Source: Candidatus Dormiibacterota bacterium
GTDB lineage: Bacteria; Chloroflexota; Dormibacteria; Dormibacterales; Dormibacteraceae
Reading direction: 5' to 3'
DNA length: 64,000 bases
Assembly (NCBI GenBank): GCA_036380475.1
Contig: DASVEP010000147.1
Span: 10-64,009, forward strand
Within the stretch, counting starts at the first letter, position 1; every line of letters starts with the position of its first letter. The translations under genes and the position numbers were made by a program. Shown here one piece after another: positions 54,774 to 64,000 of the stretch. Under the pieces are notes generated by a model that saw only the letters and a program-made list of their open reading frames with translations, was not told where the DNA came from and did no database searches.

Positions 54774-55684
54774 GCGGTCGGCGCGGTCCCGTTCACGGTG
54801 ACATTGCAAGCGCCGCCGTTGACCTGGATCTGGTAGCGGTCCGAAGCGCTGTCGTAGTCCCCCGTCTGCGCGGTCACAGTCCCGACTGCTCGGGTTTGCC
54901 GACCATCGAAGTTCAAGCTCACGGCACCGCCGGACACGTTGACCGAGGCTGCCGCGGTGGATGGTCTGTGGACGAATACCGTCAGGGCGCCGCCGTTGAT
55001 TGTGATCGGCACCGTCCCTGTCGGAGGGCCGAAGGTCATGTCCTCGCGGCTCGCGCCGGTGTTCACATCCACGCTCGCGACGCGAAGATTCAACAGGTTG
55101 AAGTTATCCGTTGCGGCTCCGCTGTTGACGGCGATCTTCCACTGAACGCTGGGGTTCAGCTGAAGCTTGAGCACGAAGCGGCGGCTCTGGAAGAAGAATC
55201 CGGATGTGTTGTTCTGCGAGATGTGCAGATCGCCGCTCGAATTGTCGAGGCTGACCTCCGGTTTGATCCCGGAGTATTCGATGTGCGCGCGATACAGGTC
55301 ATCGCCGATGGATGCGTCTCCGGCCATCGTGATGGTGGCGGCGCCTGCGTCGACCCGCACGTTGGCGTGGTCGAGATTGCCCAGCTTCCCCGACGTGTCC
55401 AACGAGTGTGTTCCCGTCGGTATCGAGGGCCCGAGGGCGACGTATGCAGCCGCGCCCCCAATTGCAACCAGCACGATCAAGGCCGCGGCGAGCTCGGCCG
55501 CCGGACCCTGGACGGCTCGACGGAGCAGCAGCTCAAGGCCAATCACGACCAGGATGAGCGGCCATAGATCGACCAGGCGATCCAGGCGTTCGACGGGCAC
55601 GATCCCTGCATTGACAAGCAGCGCGAAGACGCCGATCAGGATCAGGACCGCCGGCCAGAAGAAGCTGCGATACGAACGCGTCAT
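54770..55684 (-). CDS. LiaF-like membrane protein: DUF5668-type TM hairpins plus a beta-rich C-terminal domain
   Basis: FFWPAVLILIGVFALLVNAGIVP...LWPLILVVIGLELLLRR, then a repetitive beta-strand domain (..V.V..GA..V..). ATG 55684 follows the upstream stop (TGAcgATG). Confidence 0.55.
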   Translation of the reverse strand: MTRSYRSFFWPAVLILIGVFALLVNAGIVPVERLDRLVDLWPLILVVIGLELLLRRAVQGPAAELAAALIVLVAIGGAAAYVALGPSIPTGTHSLDTSGKLGNLDHANVRVDAGAATITMAGDASIGDDLYRAHIEYSGIKPEVSLDNSSGDLHISQNNTSGFFFQSRRFVLKLQLNPSVQWKIAVNSGAATDNFNLLNLRVASVDVNTGASREDMTFGPPTGTVPITINGGALTVFVHRPSTAAASVNVSGGAVSLNFDGRQTRAVGTVTAQTGDYDSASDRYQIQVNGGACNVTVNGTAPTA

Positions 55685-55686
55685 CG

Positions 55687-55854
55687 TCAGCGGGCTCGGC
55701 GGAGGATCAGCCACACCCCGAGTGCGATCAACAGGACCGGCCAGACCACATCCGCATGCAGCCATGTCAGCAGGTTCAGGTTGCTCAGAAGGAAGTAGAC
55801 CCCGAGAACGATCAAGACTCCCGGCCAGAAGTACTCACGGCGCCACAGATTCAT
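55687..55854 (-). CDS. 55-aa LiaI/DUF5668-like two-TM protein (not in the ORF track)
   Basis: My translation: MNLWRREYFWPGVLIVLGVYFLLSNLNLLTWLHADVVWPVLLIALGVWLILRRAR. It has the same FWP..L...G motif as the next gene. Confidence 0.55.
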   Translation of the reverse strand: MNLWRREYFWPGVLIVLGVYFLLSNLNLLTWLHADVVWPVLLIALGVWLILRRAR

Positions 55855-55861
55855 GGCGCCG

Positions 55862-55867
55862 ATTGTG
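55862..55867 (-). promoter_or_regulatory. -10-like CACAAT 7 nt upstream of ATG 55854
   Basis: Read directly in the 25-nt spacer after the M16 gene stop. Confidence 0.3.
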
Positions 55868-55879
55868 ACATGGGCGGAT

Positions 55880-58822
55880 TCAGACGGGCGCCACGACCTC
55901 GAACAGCCCCGGTCGCTCCTTGGTTGCCGCCTCGACCAGCTCCGGTCCGGCCACAGTCGTCTGCGCGTAGTGCCCGACTGACAGATATTTGCGCGCGATT
56001 CGCTTCATATCGGCCGCCGTCACTTCGAGCAGGCGCTGCTTGAACCTCTCTCTCTCCTCGCGTGTAAAGCCGGCGAGCCGGTTTGTCCATTCGCGGCGGC
56101 CCTTGATGTCCGGAGATTCGAGCGGGTCGACGTCACCGCACGCACCGAGGATCGCTTCCTTGAGGGCCTCGTCGGCCACCGCGTCCTCGATGATCCAGGC
56201 AGTCGCGCGATCGAACGTGTCATAGGTTCGCGTGATATTTGGGTCTCGGTACGAGGCCATGTAAAACGTCCCTCCACCGATGCTGGCCTGCGCGACAGCG
56301 CCGTACGCTCCACCCTTTTCTCGGAGCTCTCGATGCAGGAACGTGTCGCGCAGATAATTCGCGAGCACCAGCAGCGCCGGCGAGTCCGGGTGCGTGTAGC
56401 GAACGGTCTTGAAGATGCGGACGTTGAACGCCACAGGAAGGGGCGCTGTCCGCGCCTCGGGAACCGGAGCGAGCGCGTCTGGCTTCTCCACGTGACCGTT
56501 GGCACGACCGGTGGGCAGCGCATCTATCAATCCCTGCAACTTCTCAGATATGGAGTCGATCATCGATTCCTCGCAGGTCACGATGATGTTGATCGAGTCC
56601 TTCCGAAATAGTGTCGTGCGGATAGCCGTCAGCTTTGCAATCACATCGCCGAGCTCGGCGTCACCGAGGCCCGCCAGCCGGCGCGTCTGATGAAGCATCC
56701 CGATGCCCTGAAGGCTGTCATTGATCGCGCCTTCCGAGCTCAGCTTTGACGTCGCGCGAAGGATCGCGAACTGGAAGCCGAGACCCGCGATCGAGCTCTC
56801 CAACCGGGTTGCGCTTTCGTCGATCACATCTTTCAGCCTGTGCGGCTCGATTTCCATGCGAGCGGTCAGGTCGGTGAGCAGATCGATGAAGGGACCGACG
56901 TTGCGGTCAAGGGCGCGACCAGAAACCAGAAAGGACTGGAGGTAGTCGTCACGCGCCGCTAGCGGCTGGACCGAGGGCGCGGCGCCGACGCCGCCCGTGT
57001 GCGCGGCGATGCGCGCCGCGATCTGTACGTAGTCTTGCCCCGCGGCGCCCGTTTGCGTGAACACGCGGCTGAACAGCGGCAGAAGGTCCTTGAGCTCCTC
57101 GCTAAGCGCACCGAAATCCGACCGGATGTCCAGATACGTGATCCCGTTTGTCGGCAGTGGAAAGAACTCCACGGTTACCGGGCCGATCTTCACCGCGCGG
57201 CTGGGGACCTCCTCGAACTGCATCGGTATGTCGGTCAGCTCGAGCGTGGGCAGAACTGCGACGTCCTGCTTGGCCTCCTGCTCGGCTTTGAGGCGCAGCC
57301 CGTCGGCGACGATGCGTGCCTTGTCGGCATCGGTGAGAGTCGCCTCGACGGCAGCCAGGCGATCGAGCTCTTTGCGCCTGGTGCGCTCCTCGAGCTCGGG
57401 GTCGGGTTCGAGGCTGAGCAAGGCTCGGTGGCGGTTGTTCAAGAGCTCGGTCGCGATGAGATTTTCGAAGAACCTCCCATCCTCGCGAGCCTGCTGCAGG
57501 CGCTCGAGATCGGCATCCAGGTTCAGGCTGCTGTACGGATCCCCGCCGTACTGGTAGGAACCGAAAAGGGTGAACATCACCTTGAGCGCGTACGGGAAGC
57601 CCGCGTTGGAGCGTTCGCGCTTCTCGAACTCGAGCCGGTGGATCGCGGCATCGACCTGGGTTGCGTCCAAACCCTCTTCGACGAGCTTCTCGAGCGTGTC
57701 GAGGACGACCTTCTCCACCTTTTCCGCATCGCCGGTTGCAATTCCCTTCAGGCCGGCGCCAAACACCGTCTCCTTGTAGTCGTCCTGAAAACCGCTGCCG
57801 TCAGCCAGAGCGCCGCCGATCTTGGAGTCGATCAGCGCCTTTCGCAGCGGTGAGCCGGAGTTCCCGAGCAGAACCTCGGATAGAACCCTCATGGCGAGGA
57901 GCTGAAAGGAGTCGATGGCCGGCACGGTGACCCACGCGACCAGAGCCTGCCCCTTTCGTGAATTGTCTTCACCTGCAGCCGCTGGATAGGGCTCGACCGA
58001 CGCTTTCGGCTTCGAGAATCGAGTCACGTTCGGGATCGACGTATCGATCTCGATTCGCTCGAAATGCGCAAGCGCGTTGTCCTCGATCGCCGCCAGCGTC
58101 CTTTCCAACGGCTGGTTGCCGTACGTATAGAAGTAGGCGTTGCTCGGGTGGTAGTGAGCGGCATGAAATCTGCGCAGCTGCTCCCACGTGAGATCCGGTA
58201 TGTGCTCGGGATCGCCGCCGGAGATCTTCTCGTAGGTAAGGCCTGCGAACAAAGTTCGGCCAAGGTTCTTCTGCATCGCTGCCTGGGGCGTGGCCAGCGC
58301 ACCCTTCATCTCGTTGAAGACGACGCCCTTGTATCGCAGACCACTGGAAGGGTCAGCAGGGTTTTCGAACTCGAACCGGATCCCCTCTTGTTTGAAGGAG
58401 TCCTCGGTCAGCAGTGGGAAGAAGGTTGCATCGAGATACACGCGCAGCAGGTTCATGTAGTCCTTCGAGTTGCGCGTGCTGAAGGGGTAGGTGGTCGAGT
58501 CAGCGCTCGTGAATGCGTTCATGAACGTCGCCAGGGAGCGACGCGTCATCGAGAAGAAGGGGTCTCGAACTGGGAAGCGTTTCGAGCCGGCCAGCACAAC
58601 GTGCTCCAGGATGTGCGCCACCCCGGTCGAGTCCGTGGGAACTGTTGGAAAGCTGACGGCAAACGCGTTGTTGTCGTCGGCGCATTCGATGTGGATGTGT
58701 CGAGCCCCCGTTCGCTCATGGACGAGCTCGATGAAGCCGCCTTCCAGGCGATCCAGCTTCTCGCGGCGCACGATCGTGTAACCGCCGATCGTTTCCACGC
58801 CGCGCGCGCTGACAGTAGCCAT
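55880..58822 (-). CDS. M16-family (pitrilysin/PreP-like) zinc metalloprotease, four-domain about 980 aa
   Basis: Inverted zinc motif HILEHVVLAGS (HxxEH) plus a downstream E. ATG 58822 has GGAGG 6 nt upstream. Confidence 0.85.
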   Translation of the reverse strand: MATVSARGVETIGGYTIVRREKLDRLEGGFIELVHERTGARHIHIECADDNNAFAVSFPTVPTDSTGVAHILEHVVLAGSKRFPVRDPFFSMTRRSLATFMNAFTSADSTTYPFSTRNSKDYMNLLRVYLDATFFPLLTEDSFKQEGIRFEFENPADPSSGLRYKGVVFNEMKGALATPQAAMQKNLGRTLFAGLTYEKISGGDPEHIPDLTWEQLRRFHAAHYHPSNAYFYTYGNQPLERTLAAIEDNALAHFERIEIDTSIPNVTRFSKPKASVEPYPAAAGEDNSRKGQALVAWVTVPAIDSFQLLAMRVLSEVLLGNSGSPLRKALIDSKIGGALADGSGFQDDYKETVFGAGLKGIATGDAEKVEKVVLDTLEKLVEEGLDATQVDAAIHRLEFEKRERSNAGFPYALKVMFTLFGSYQYGGDPYSSLNLDADLERLQQAREDGRFFENLIATELLNNRHRALLSLEPDPELEERTRRKELDRLAAVEATLTDADKARIVADGLRLKAEQEAKQDVAVLPTLELTDIPMQFEEVPSRAVKIGPVTVEFFPLPTNGITYLDIRSDFGALSEELKDLLPLFSRVFTQTGAAGQDYVQIAARIAAHTGGVGAAPSVQPLAARDDYLQSFLVSGRALDRNVGPFIDLLTDLTARMEIEPHRLKDVIDESATRLESSIAGLGFQFAILRATSKLSSEGAINDSLQGIGMLHQTRRLAGLGDAELGDVIAKLTAIRTTLFRKDSINIIVTCEESMIDSISEKLQGLIDALPTGRANGHVEKPDALAPVPEARTAPLPVAFNVRIFKTVRYTHPDSPALLVLANYLRDTFLHRELREKGGAYGAVAQASIGGGTFYMASYRDPNITRTYDTFDRATAWIIEDAVADEALKEAILGACGDVDPLESPDIKGRREWTNRLAGFTREERERFKQRLLEVTAADMKRIARKYLSVGHYAQTTVAGPELVEAATKERPGLFEVVAPV

Positions 58823-58924
58823 CCACATCCTCCAACTGCGCGCCGAACGCGTCGGCGCCGGTCTTGACCTGCTCGCGAGTTGAGTGCTTGCAGTCTACGA
58901 GCGAAGCGCCTTTCGCCGCGGCGA

Positions 58925-58930
58925 TACGAT
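58925..58930 (+). promoter_or_regulatory. -10-like TACGAT 8 nt upstream of ATG 58939
   Basis: Read directly. No SD. Confidence 0.35.
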
Positions 58931-58938
58931 GGGGCAGC

Positions 58939-59241
58939 ATGGTTTTCACCGAGCCGGAGCTCGAGTTCCTGCGATCGCAGCGCATTTGCCGCCTCGCCAC
59001 AGTCGGCCCAACCGGTTGGCCTCATGTCGTGCCCGTTATGTACGCGCTGACCGAGCAGGGCGATTTCGAGTTCGACGTGGATGGCGTCAAGCTGCGCAAC
59101 CTGACAGCGGACCCGCGTGCGGCGCTCGCGGTCGACGCGATGGGGCCGAAAAGAGGCATGACGGTGCAGGGTCGGGTTGAGCTTATCGGTCCAGAGCGGG
59201 CCCGATTGGCGGGGATAAGAAAGTTCAGCTGGGGCCTGTGA
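58939..59241 (+). CDS. Pyridoxamine 5'-phosphate oxidase-family (PPOX class, possibly F420-dependent) small protein
   Basis: FTEPELEFLRSQRICRLATVGPTGWPHVVPV...GRVEL pattern. ATG 58939 preferred. Confidence 0.7.
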   Translation: MVFTEPELEFLRSQRICRLATVGPTGWPHVVPVMYALTEQGDFEFDVDGVKLRNLTADPRAALAVDAMGPKRGMTVQGRVELIGPERARLAGIRKFSWGL

Positions 59242-60608
59242 AGGCAGGTTGCGTCGCCCTCGTACTGGCGGTCTGTGTCGCATGCGCCGGAGATGTAGGG
59301 GTCAACCCGTCTCCATCGACCTCGCCGGCCCGGTCAGGCGTCTCCGTGTCGCCCGGCCTGGCTGCGGACTGGCCTGAATACCACCAAAATCCTGCCCGCA
59401 GCGGGCAGGGGCCGGCATCGCCTTCGTTGGCGAGTCCGCAGGAAGCCTGGCGTGCGGCGGTCGACGGCGACGTCTATGCGTCGCCCCTGATCGTCTCGGG
59501 GCACGTGCTGGTGGCCACCGAAAACAACACGGTGTACTCGCTCGATCTTTTCACCGGTGCAGTGGTCTGGGAACGACACCTTGGCGAGCCGGTCGATGCA
59601 TCGACGCTTCCGTGTGGTGACATCGGTCCTGTCACCGGCATCACCGGCACTCCCGCTGTGGATACGGCGACGGGTCGGCTGTTCGTCGTCGGTTTTGTAC
59701 GCGGCTACCACCACTATCTCTTCACGTTGAGCCTGACCGATGGCACCGTGCTAGCTCAACAGATTGTCGATCCCGTGGGCTCGACACCTACGGTGCAGCA
59801 GGAGCGCGGGGCGCTGGCGATCGGGTCGGGTCGTGTCTACATCCCGCTTGGCGGACTCTATGGAGACTGCGGCAGCTATCACGGTTATGTGGTCGCGGTG
59901 CCTCTGGGTGGTGGACCGGCGCTCGCGTACAAGACGCCGGTGTCGACAGAGGCGGGGATCTGGAGTCCGGCGGGCGTCGCGGTCGCCGCCTCGGGAGCTG
60001 TTTATGTAGTGACCGGTAATGGCTCCGCGACGCAGTCGTTTGGCTACAGCAACTCCGTCATCGAGATGACACCAGACCTGCAGGTGAGGTCCTATTTTGC
60101 CCCGGCCAACTGGAAATCACTCGACGCGAGCGACGCGGACCTGGGGTCGGTGGGCGCGACTCTGCTGCAGTCCCTGGGCGTGGTGGTGGCGATCGGTAAA
60201 GATGGCATCGCGTACTTGCTGAAAGCCGACCAGCTGGGAGGCATAGGCGGGCAGATTGCGAGCCGCACGGTCTGCGCGGGCGCCTGGGGCGGTACCGCAT
60301 CGTCGGACTCGATGGTGTGGGTCCCGTGCTCCGATGGGCTGGTAGCGCTTGCGGTGACGGCGACATCGATCAACGTCGTGTGGAAAGCCGCCCCACCGCG
60401 AATGGCTTCACCAATCGTCGCCGCCGGCGCCGTGTGGGCGATCGACCCGGAGACCGGCCGCATCTACGCGCTCGACCCTGTAACTGGGGCTGTCCTGTAC
60501 AACGCCAACCTGGGACCGGCGCGTCACTTCAGCACACCGGCGGCGACCGAAGGATTCGTCGTGGCCCCGGCCGGCTCGAGCGTGGTCACCCTGTCTGTAG
60601 CGGCCTAA
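59238..60608 (+). CDS. Secreted/lipoprotein-like PQQ-type beta-propeller repeat protein
   Basis: N-terminal signal MKAGCVALVLAVCVACAG, repeated ..G.V.W...lg.... propeller blades. GTGA overlap with the upstream gene. Confidence 0.7.
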   Translation: MKAGCVALVLAVCVACAGDVGVNPSPSTSPARSGVSVSPGLAADWPEYHQNPARSGQGPASPSLASPQEAWRAAVDGDVYASPLIVSGHVLVATENNTVYSLDLFTGAVVWERHLGEPVDASTLPCGDIGPVTGITGTPAVDTATGRLFVVGFVRGYHHYLFTLSLTDGTVLAQQIVDPVGSTPTVQQERGALAIGSGRVYIPLGGLYGDCGSYHGYVVAVPLGGGPALAYKTPVSTEAGIWSPAGVAVAASGAVYVVTGNGSATQSFGYSNSVIEMTPDLQVRSYFAPANWKSLDASDADLGSVGATLLQSLGVVVAIGKDGIAYLLKADQLGGIGGQIASRTVCAGAWGGTASSDSMVWVPCSDGLVALAVTATSINVVWKAAPPRMASPIVAAGAVWAIDPETGRIYALDPVTGAVLYNANLGPARHFSTPAATEGFVVAPAGSSVVTLSVAA

Positions 60609-60626
60609 GTCAGGTACAGAGGGAAG

Positions 60627-61097
60627 CTAGCCCTGGATGCTCCGCAACAGGTTCGCCATCTCGATCGCCGCGTCGGCCGCTTCGGCGCCCTTGTTGTTCT
60701 TGGGGCCGGAACGGGCCATCGCCTGGTCTTTGTCTTCAGTGGTGAGGACGCCGAAAGCCACCGGCACCCCAGTGTCGAGCTGCACCTGCATGACCCCCGC
60801 GGCCGCCTGCCCGGCGACGACCTCGAAGTGAAATGTCTCCCCGCGGATCACGCACCCGAGGCACACGATGGCGTCGTGCTGGCCTTTTTCAGCCAGGGTC
60901 AGCGCAGTCACCGGGATCTCGAGCGCGCCGGGGACCCAGAACACGTCCGGCTCGGCCACTCCTCTCTCTTCCAGGGTCGACAAGGCGCCTCGTAACAATC
61001 GCCTGGTCACGTCTTCGTTGTAGCGCGACACGATCACCGCAACATGAAGATCGGCGCCGCTCAGGTCCGGCTCGCTGCCTTTCTCTCCCATCGCCAC
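60627..61097 (-). CDS. ribH: 6,7-dimethyl-8-ribityllumazine synthase
   Basis: VAVIVSRYNEDVT..L..GA...VPGALEIP....GCVIRGET.HFE.V. Confidence 0.95.
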   Translation of the reverse strand: MAMGEKGSEPDLSGADLHVAVIVSRYNEDVTRRLLRGALSTLEERGVAEPDVFWVPGALEIPVTALTLAEKGQHDAIVCLGCVIRGETFHFEVVAGQAAAGVMQVQLDTGVPVAFGVLTTEDKDQAMARSGPKNNKGAEAADAAIEMANLLRSIQG

Positions 61098-61100
61098 CGC

Positions 61101-62306
61101 CTAAAGCAGGTGACCGAGCTTGTCTTTCTTGGTTTTCAGATAGCGCTCGTTGTGCGGGTTGGATGCGATCTTGATCGGCACCCGCTCGATGACCTCGAGA
61201 CCGAACCCCTCGAGGCCGTAAATCTTCTTGGGGTTGTTCGTCAGCAGACGGATCTTGCGCACGCCCAGGTCGTAAAGGATCTGGGAACCGATGCCATAGT
61301 CGCGCTTGTCGGCGGGATGTCCAAGCGCTTCGTTCGCCTCGACAGTGTCGAGGCCGAGATCCTGGAGGTTGTAGGCGTGCAGCTTGTCCAGCAGTCCGAT
61401 CCCCCTACCTTCCTGGTGGCGGATGTAGAGGATCACACCGACGCCGTCCGCCGCAATCATCTGCATCGCCGCGTGCAGCTGCGCGCCGCAGTCGCAGCGA
61501 AGGCTGCCGAATATGTCCCCGGTGAGGCATTCGGAATGCGCACGCAAAAGCACAGGCTGCTCCGGATCGATATCACCCAGGACCAGCGCCAGGTGGTTTT
61601 CGTGGCGAAGGACGTCCTCGTACGCGTAGAGCTTCCACTGCAGCGGATTCGGATCCCCGATCGGGATCATTGCCTCGACCCGGCGTGCGACGAGCTTCTC
61701 GTTGCGCCGTCTGTACGCAATCATCTGCTCGACTGTGATCACCTTGATGCCATGCTCGCGGGCGAATGATTCGAGGTCGGGCATGCGCGCCATGGTCCCG
61801 TCCTCTTTCATCAGCTCGGTGATCACTCCAGCGGGGTAGAGACCCGCAAGGATCGCGAGGTCGACCGCTGCTTCTGTCTGGCCGGCGCGTGTCAGCACGC
61901 CTCCTTCGGCGGAGCGCAGCGGAAAGGTATGCCCTGGCATCGAGAAATCCGTGGCTTTGGCGGACGGATCGAGCACCTTACGGATGGTGGCTGCTCGGTC
62001 GTAGGCAGAAGCGCCGGTCGTCGTGATGTCCTTGGCGTCGATGCTGATGCTGAACGCGGTGCCCAAACGGCTCGTGTTCCGCTCGACCATCGGCGCGATG
62101 CCCAGCTCGTCCAGACGCCTGGAGACGATCGGCATGCACACGAGCCCCGACCCGTGGCGGGTCATGAAGCTGATGTGCTCCGGGGTGACGAGCTGCGCGG
62201 CCACCACGAGGTCGCCCTCGTTTTCGCGATCCTCGTCGTCGACGATGATCACGAATCGGCCGGCCTCGAAGTCGGCTATCGCCTCTGGAATGGTGGCCAG
62301 GGTCAT
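61101..62306 (-). CDS. ribBA: Bifunctional 3,4-dihydroxy-2-butanone-4-phosphate synthase / GTP cyclohydrolase II
   Basis: VIIVDDEDRENEGDLVVAA (DHBPS) and RAHSECLTGD..GSLRCDCG (GCH II). Confidence 0.95.
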   Translation of the reverse strand: MTLATIPEAIADFEAGRFVIIVDDEDRENEGDLVVAAQLVTPEHISFMTRHGSGLVCMPIVSRRLDELGIAPMVERNTSRLGTAFSISIDAKDITTTGASAYDRAATIRKVLDPSAKATDFSMPGHTFPLRSAEGGVLTRAGQTEAAVDLAILAGLYPAGVITELMKEDGTMARMPDLESFAREHGIKVITVEQMIAYRRRNEKLVARRVEAMIPIGDPNPLQWKLYAYEDVLRHENHLALVLGDIDPEQPVLLRAHSECLTGDIFGSLRCDCGAQLHAAMQMIAADGVGVILYIRHQEGRGIGLLDKLHAYNLQDLGLDTVEANEALGHPADKRDYGIGSQILYDLGVRKIRLLTNNPKKIYGLEGFGLEVIERVPIKIASNPHNERYLKTKKDKLGHLL

Positions 62307-62318
62307 GGCTCGTAGATG

Positions 62319-62900
62319 TTACCGGGGCAGGTTTCGGGCCACGTAGCGGGCGATCACATCAGCCTCGAGGTTCACCACGCTGCCCGGCGCGTAGCTGGAG
62401 GCGATCGTCGCCGCGATGGTATGTGGGATCAGTGCGACTTTGAACGTACCGACGGGCCCATCCACCTTCGCGACCGTCAGGCTGACACCGTCGACCGCGA
62501 TCGAACCCTTCTCGGCGACGAGCTTGCGAAGCGTGGCGGGCAGCCCGATGAGGACCTCGGAACCGTTGGCTGCCTTTTGCACCCTCTTGATCTTCGCCGT
62601 CGCGTCAACGTGCCCCTGCACGAGATGACCATCGAGAAACCCGTCGGCGGCCATTGGAAGCTCGAGGTTGACGGTGCTGCCTTTTCCCAGCCGGCCGAGG
62701 TTGGTGCGGCGCAGGGTCTCGTGGACGACATCTGCATAGAAGGTCGGGCCTTGTTTCCGCACCACCGTCAAGCAGCATCCATTGACGGCCACGCTGCCGC
62801 CGAGACCGAGCCGTTTCGTCGTCGGTCCGTGCCGGATGCCGAGCCGGCCAGGACTGGCTTCGACCACCGTGCCGACGGCGCTAACGATCCCGGTGAACAT
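62319..62900 (-). CDS. ribE: Riboflavin synthase (alpha chain)
   Basis: MFTGIV...G.SVAVNGCCLTV and a second repeat GSIAVDGVSLTV. Confidence 0.9.
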   Translation of the reverse strand: MFTGIVSAVGTVVEASPGRLGIRHGPTTKRLGLGGSVAVNGCCLTVVRKQGPTFYADVVHETLRRTNLGRLGKGSTVNLELPMAADGFLDGHLVQGHVDATAKIKRVQKAANGSEVLIGLPATLRKLVAEKGSIAVDGVSLTVAKVDGPVGTFKVALIPHTIAATIASSYAPGSVVNLEADVIARYVARNLPR

Positions 62901-63984
62901 CTACATAACCCGTGATCGAAAGATCATCGCCAATTCGCGCGGTCTCGAGCCCAGTGAGCCTGATGGCGTCTCGGAGCCGCTTTGCTCCCTCGCCGCCAAT
63001 CGGGGCGGGCGCGTCGCGTCCACCGATCAGCATCGGAGCGATGTACGCCTGCACTTTGTCGACCAATCCTTCGGCAAAGAAGGATGCGTGTACCTCCGCC
63101 CCGCCTTCGACAAGGAGGCTCAGAACCCCGCGCCTTCCCAGCTCTTCCAGCAGCGGCCCGAGCCCGACCCGCCCATCGTCTGTTCGTGGCAGGACCAGCG
63201 TTTCGGCTTGGCCGACCTGGCCCGCACGCGTTGCGACGATCAAGGTGTTGTGGCCGACCACCTTGGCATTTGGGGGTGTGCGGAGCTGCGAGTCGAGCAC
63301 GACTCTGAGCGGTTGACGCGCCTCGAGACCGTCGACGCGCGCTGTGAGCTGGGGATCGTCGGCGAGCACCGTTCCAATCCCGACCAGGATGGCGTCGTGG
63401 GCGTGCCGAAGCAGGTGGGCGTGGGCTCGCGATGCTGCCCCGCTGATCCACCTGGACTCGCCAGCACTGGTGGCGATCCTCCCGTCGAGGCTCATCGCGA
63501 ACTTCGCTGTCACGAATGGGCGCCCCGTCAGGCGATGTTTGACGTAGAACTCGTTGAGTCGCCTGGCCTGATCTGACAGGGCTCCAACCGCGGTTTCGAC
63601 CCCGGCAGCCTCGAGCATCTTGATCCCGTCGCCGCGGACGCGTGGGTCCGGATCGACCATCGAAACCACGACACGGCGCACGCCGGCGCTCACAACGGCT
63701 TGAGCGCAGGACGGATCTCGATGAGCGTGCGAGCATGGCTCGAGGTTTACGTAGAGCGTCCCTCCGCGTGCTCGCTCTCCAGCGGCTTCGAGCGCCTCCT
63801 GCTCCGCGTGCGGCGTACCAGCTTGCCGGTGATAACCCTCTCCAGCGAGTTCGCCGGCTGAATCGAGAACGACAGCGCCTACCATCGGATTGGGGCTGGT
63901 CCGGAAATCGGCCTGACGGGCGAGCTCTATGGCGCGCGCCATCCAACGCAGGTCGATATTCGGGTCCGGATCGGATGGTGGCAA
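62881..63984 (-). CDS. ribD: Bifunctional diaminohydroxyphosphoribosylaminopyrimidine deaminase / 5-amino-6-(5-phosphoribosylamino)uracil reductase
   Basis: MARAIELARQ..PNPMVGAVV..HAE...PCSH (CDA zinc motif) plus the reductase domain. Start is TTG 63984 or ATG 63942. Any upstream FMN riboswitch lies outside the window. Confidence 0.9.
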   Translation of the reverse strand: MPPSDPDPNIDLRWMARAIELARQADFRTSPNPMVGAVVLDSAGELAGEGYHRQAGTPHAEQEALEAAGERARGGTLYVNLEPCSHAHRDPSCAQAVVSAGVRRVVVSMVDPDPRVRGDGIKMLEAAGVETAVGALSDQARRLNEFYVKHRLTGRPFVTAKFAMSLDGRIATSAGESRWISGAASRAHAHLLRHAHDAILVGIGTVLADDPQLTARVDGLEARQPLRVVLDSQLRTPPNAKVVGHNTLIVATRAGQVGQAETLVLPRTDDGRVGLGPLLEELGRRGVLSLLVEGGAEVHASFFAEGLVDKVQAYIAPMLIGGRDAPAPIGGEGAKRLRDAIRLTGLETARIGDDLSITGYVDVHRDR

Positions 63985-64000
63985 GCCCTTGGCAATATAC

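Noticed and set aside
63985-64000. FMN riboswitch upstream of the rib operon.
   Set aside because: Only 16 nt remain upstream of ribD in this window, so it cannot be assessed.

Overview
This is a GC-rich bacterial chromosomal segment (roughly two-thirds G+C by eye, not computed). It is very densely packed, with about 70 protein-coding genes. I recognise no rRNA, tRNA, CRISPR array, transposase or integrase, and no intergenic gap exceeds about 130 nt.

The backbone is a conserved housekeeping array, almost all on the minus strand:
- proS-ispG-rseP-dxr-cdsA-uppS-frr-pyrH-tsf-rpsB-topA-dprA-comM
- yraN-rnhB-rplS-trmD-rimM-KH-rpsP-ffh-ylxM
- ftsY-smc-rnc-acpP-fabD-rpmF-(coiled-coil gene)-coaD-rsmD-amidase-selD
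- M20 peptidase-recG
- fakB(degV)-fakA(yloV)-asp23, then rpmB
- ribH-ribBA-ribE-ribD

The gene order resembles Actinobacteria and Firmicutes. The taxon cannot be fixed from this window alone.

Three blocks interrupt the backbone:
- A 9.7 kb block, mostly on the opposite strand (15.4-25.1 kb), carries an MBL hydrolase, two ABC transporters, an alpha/beta hydrolase, Ku, a ligase-only LigD and an NmrA-like protein.
- A 3-gene insert (DinB, RAM-domain protein, PHP) sits between ylxM and ftsY.
- A block at 46.1-49.0 kb carries two tandem paralogous proline-rich membrane proteins plus an MpaB oxygenase.

Main observations:
1. selD has an in-frame TGA at the catalytic Cys/Sec position, followed by a SECIS-like hairpin. 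The ORF track splits this gene.
2. rnc and the coiled-coil gene after coaD have conserved N-terminal coding sequence upstream of any ATG/GTG/TTG. In both, the sequence reaches an SD-preceded ATA that overlaps the upstream stop codon (ATAG, ATAA).
3. Seventeen start codons lie 5-9 nt downstream of TANNNT-like hexamers. These include five back-to-back divergent pairs in 20-34 bp spacers, which suggests pervasive leaderless transcription.
4. Three small genes fall below the ORF-track cutoff: rpmF, rpmB and a 55-aa LiaI-like protein.

I found no convincing defence, toxin or mobile system. Nothing here is demonstrably a new multi-gene system, so the candidates carry modest scores.
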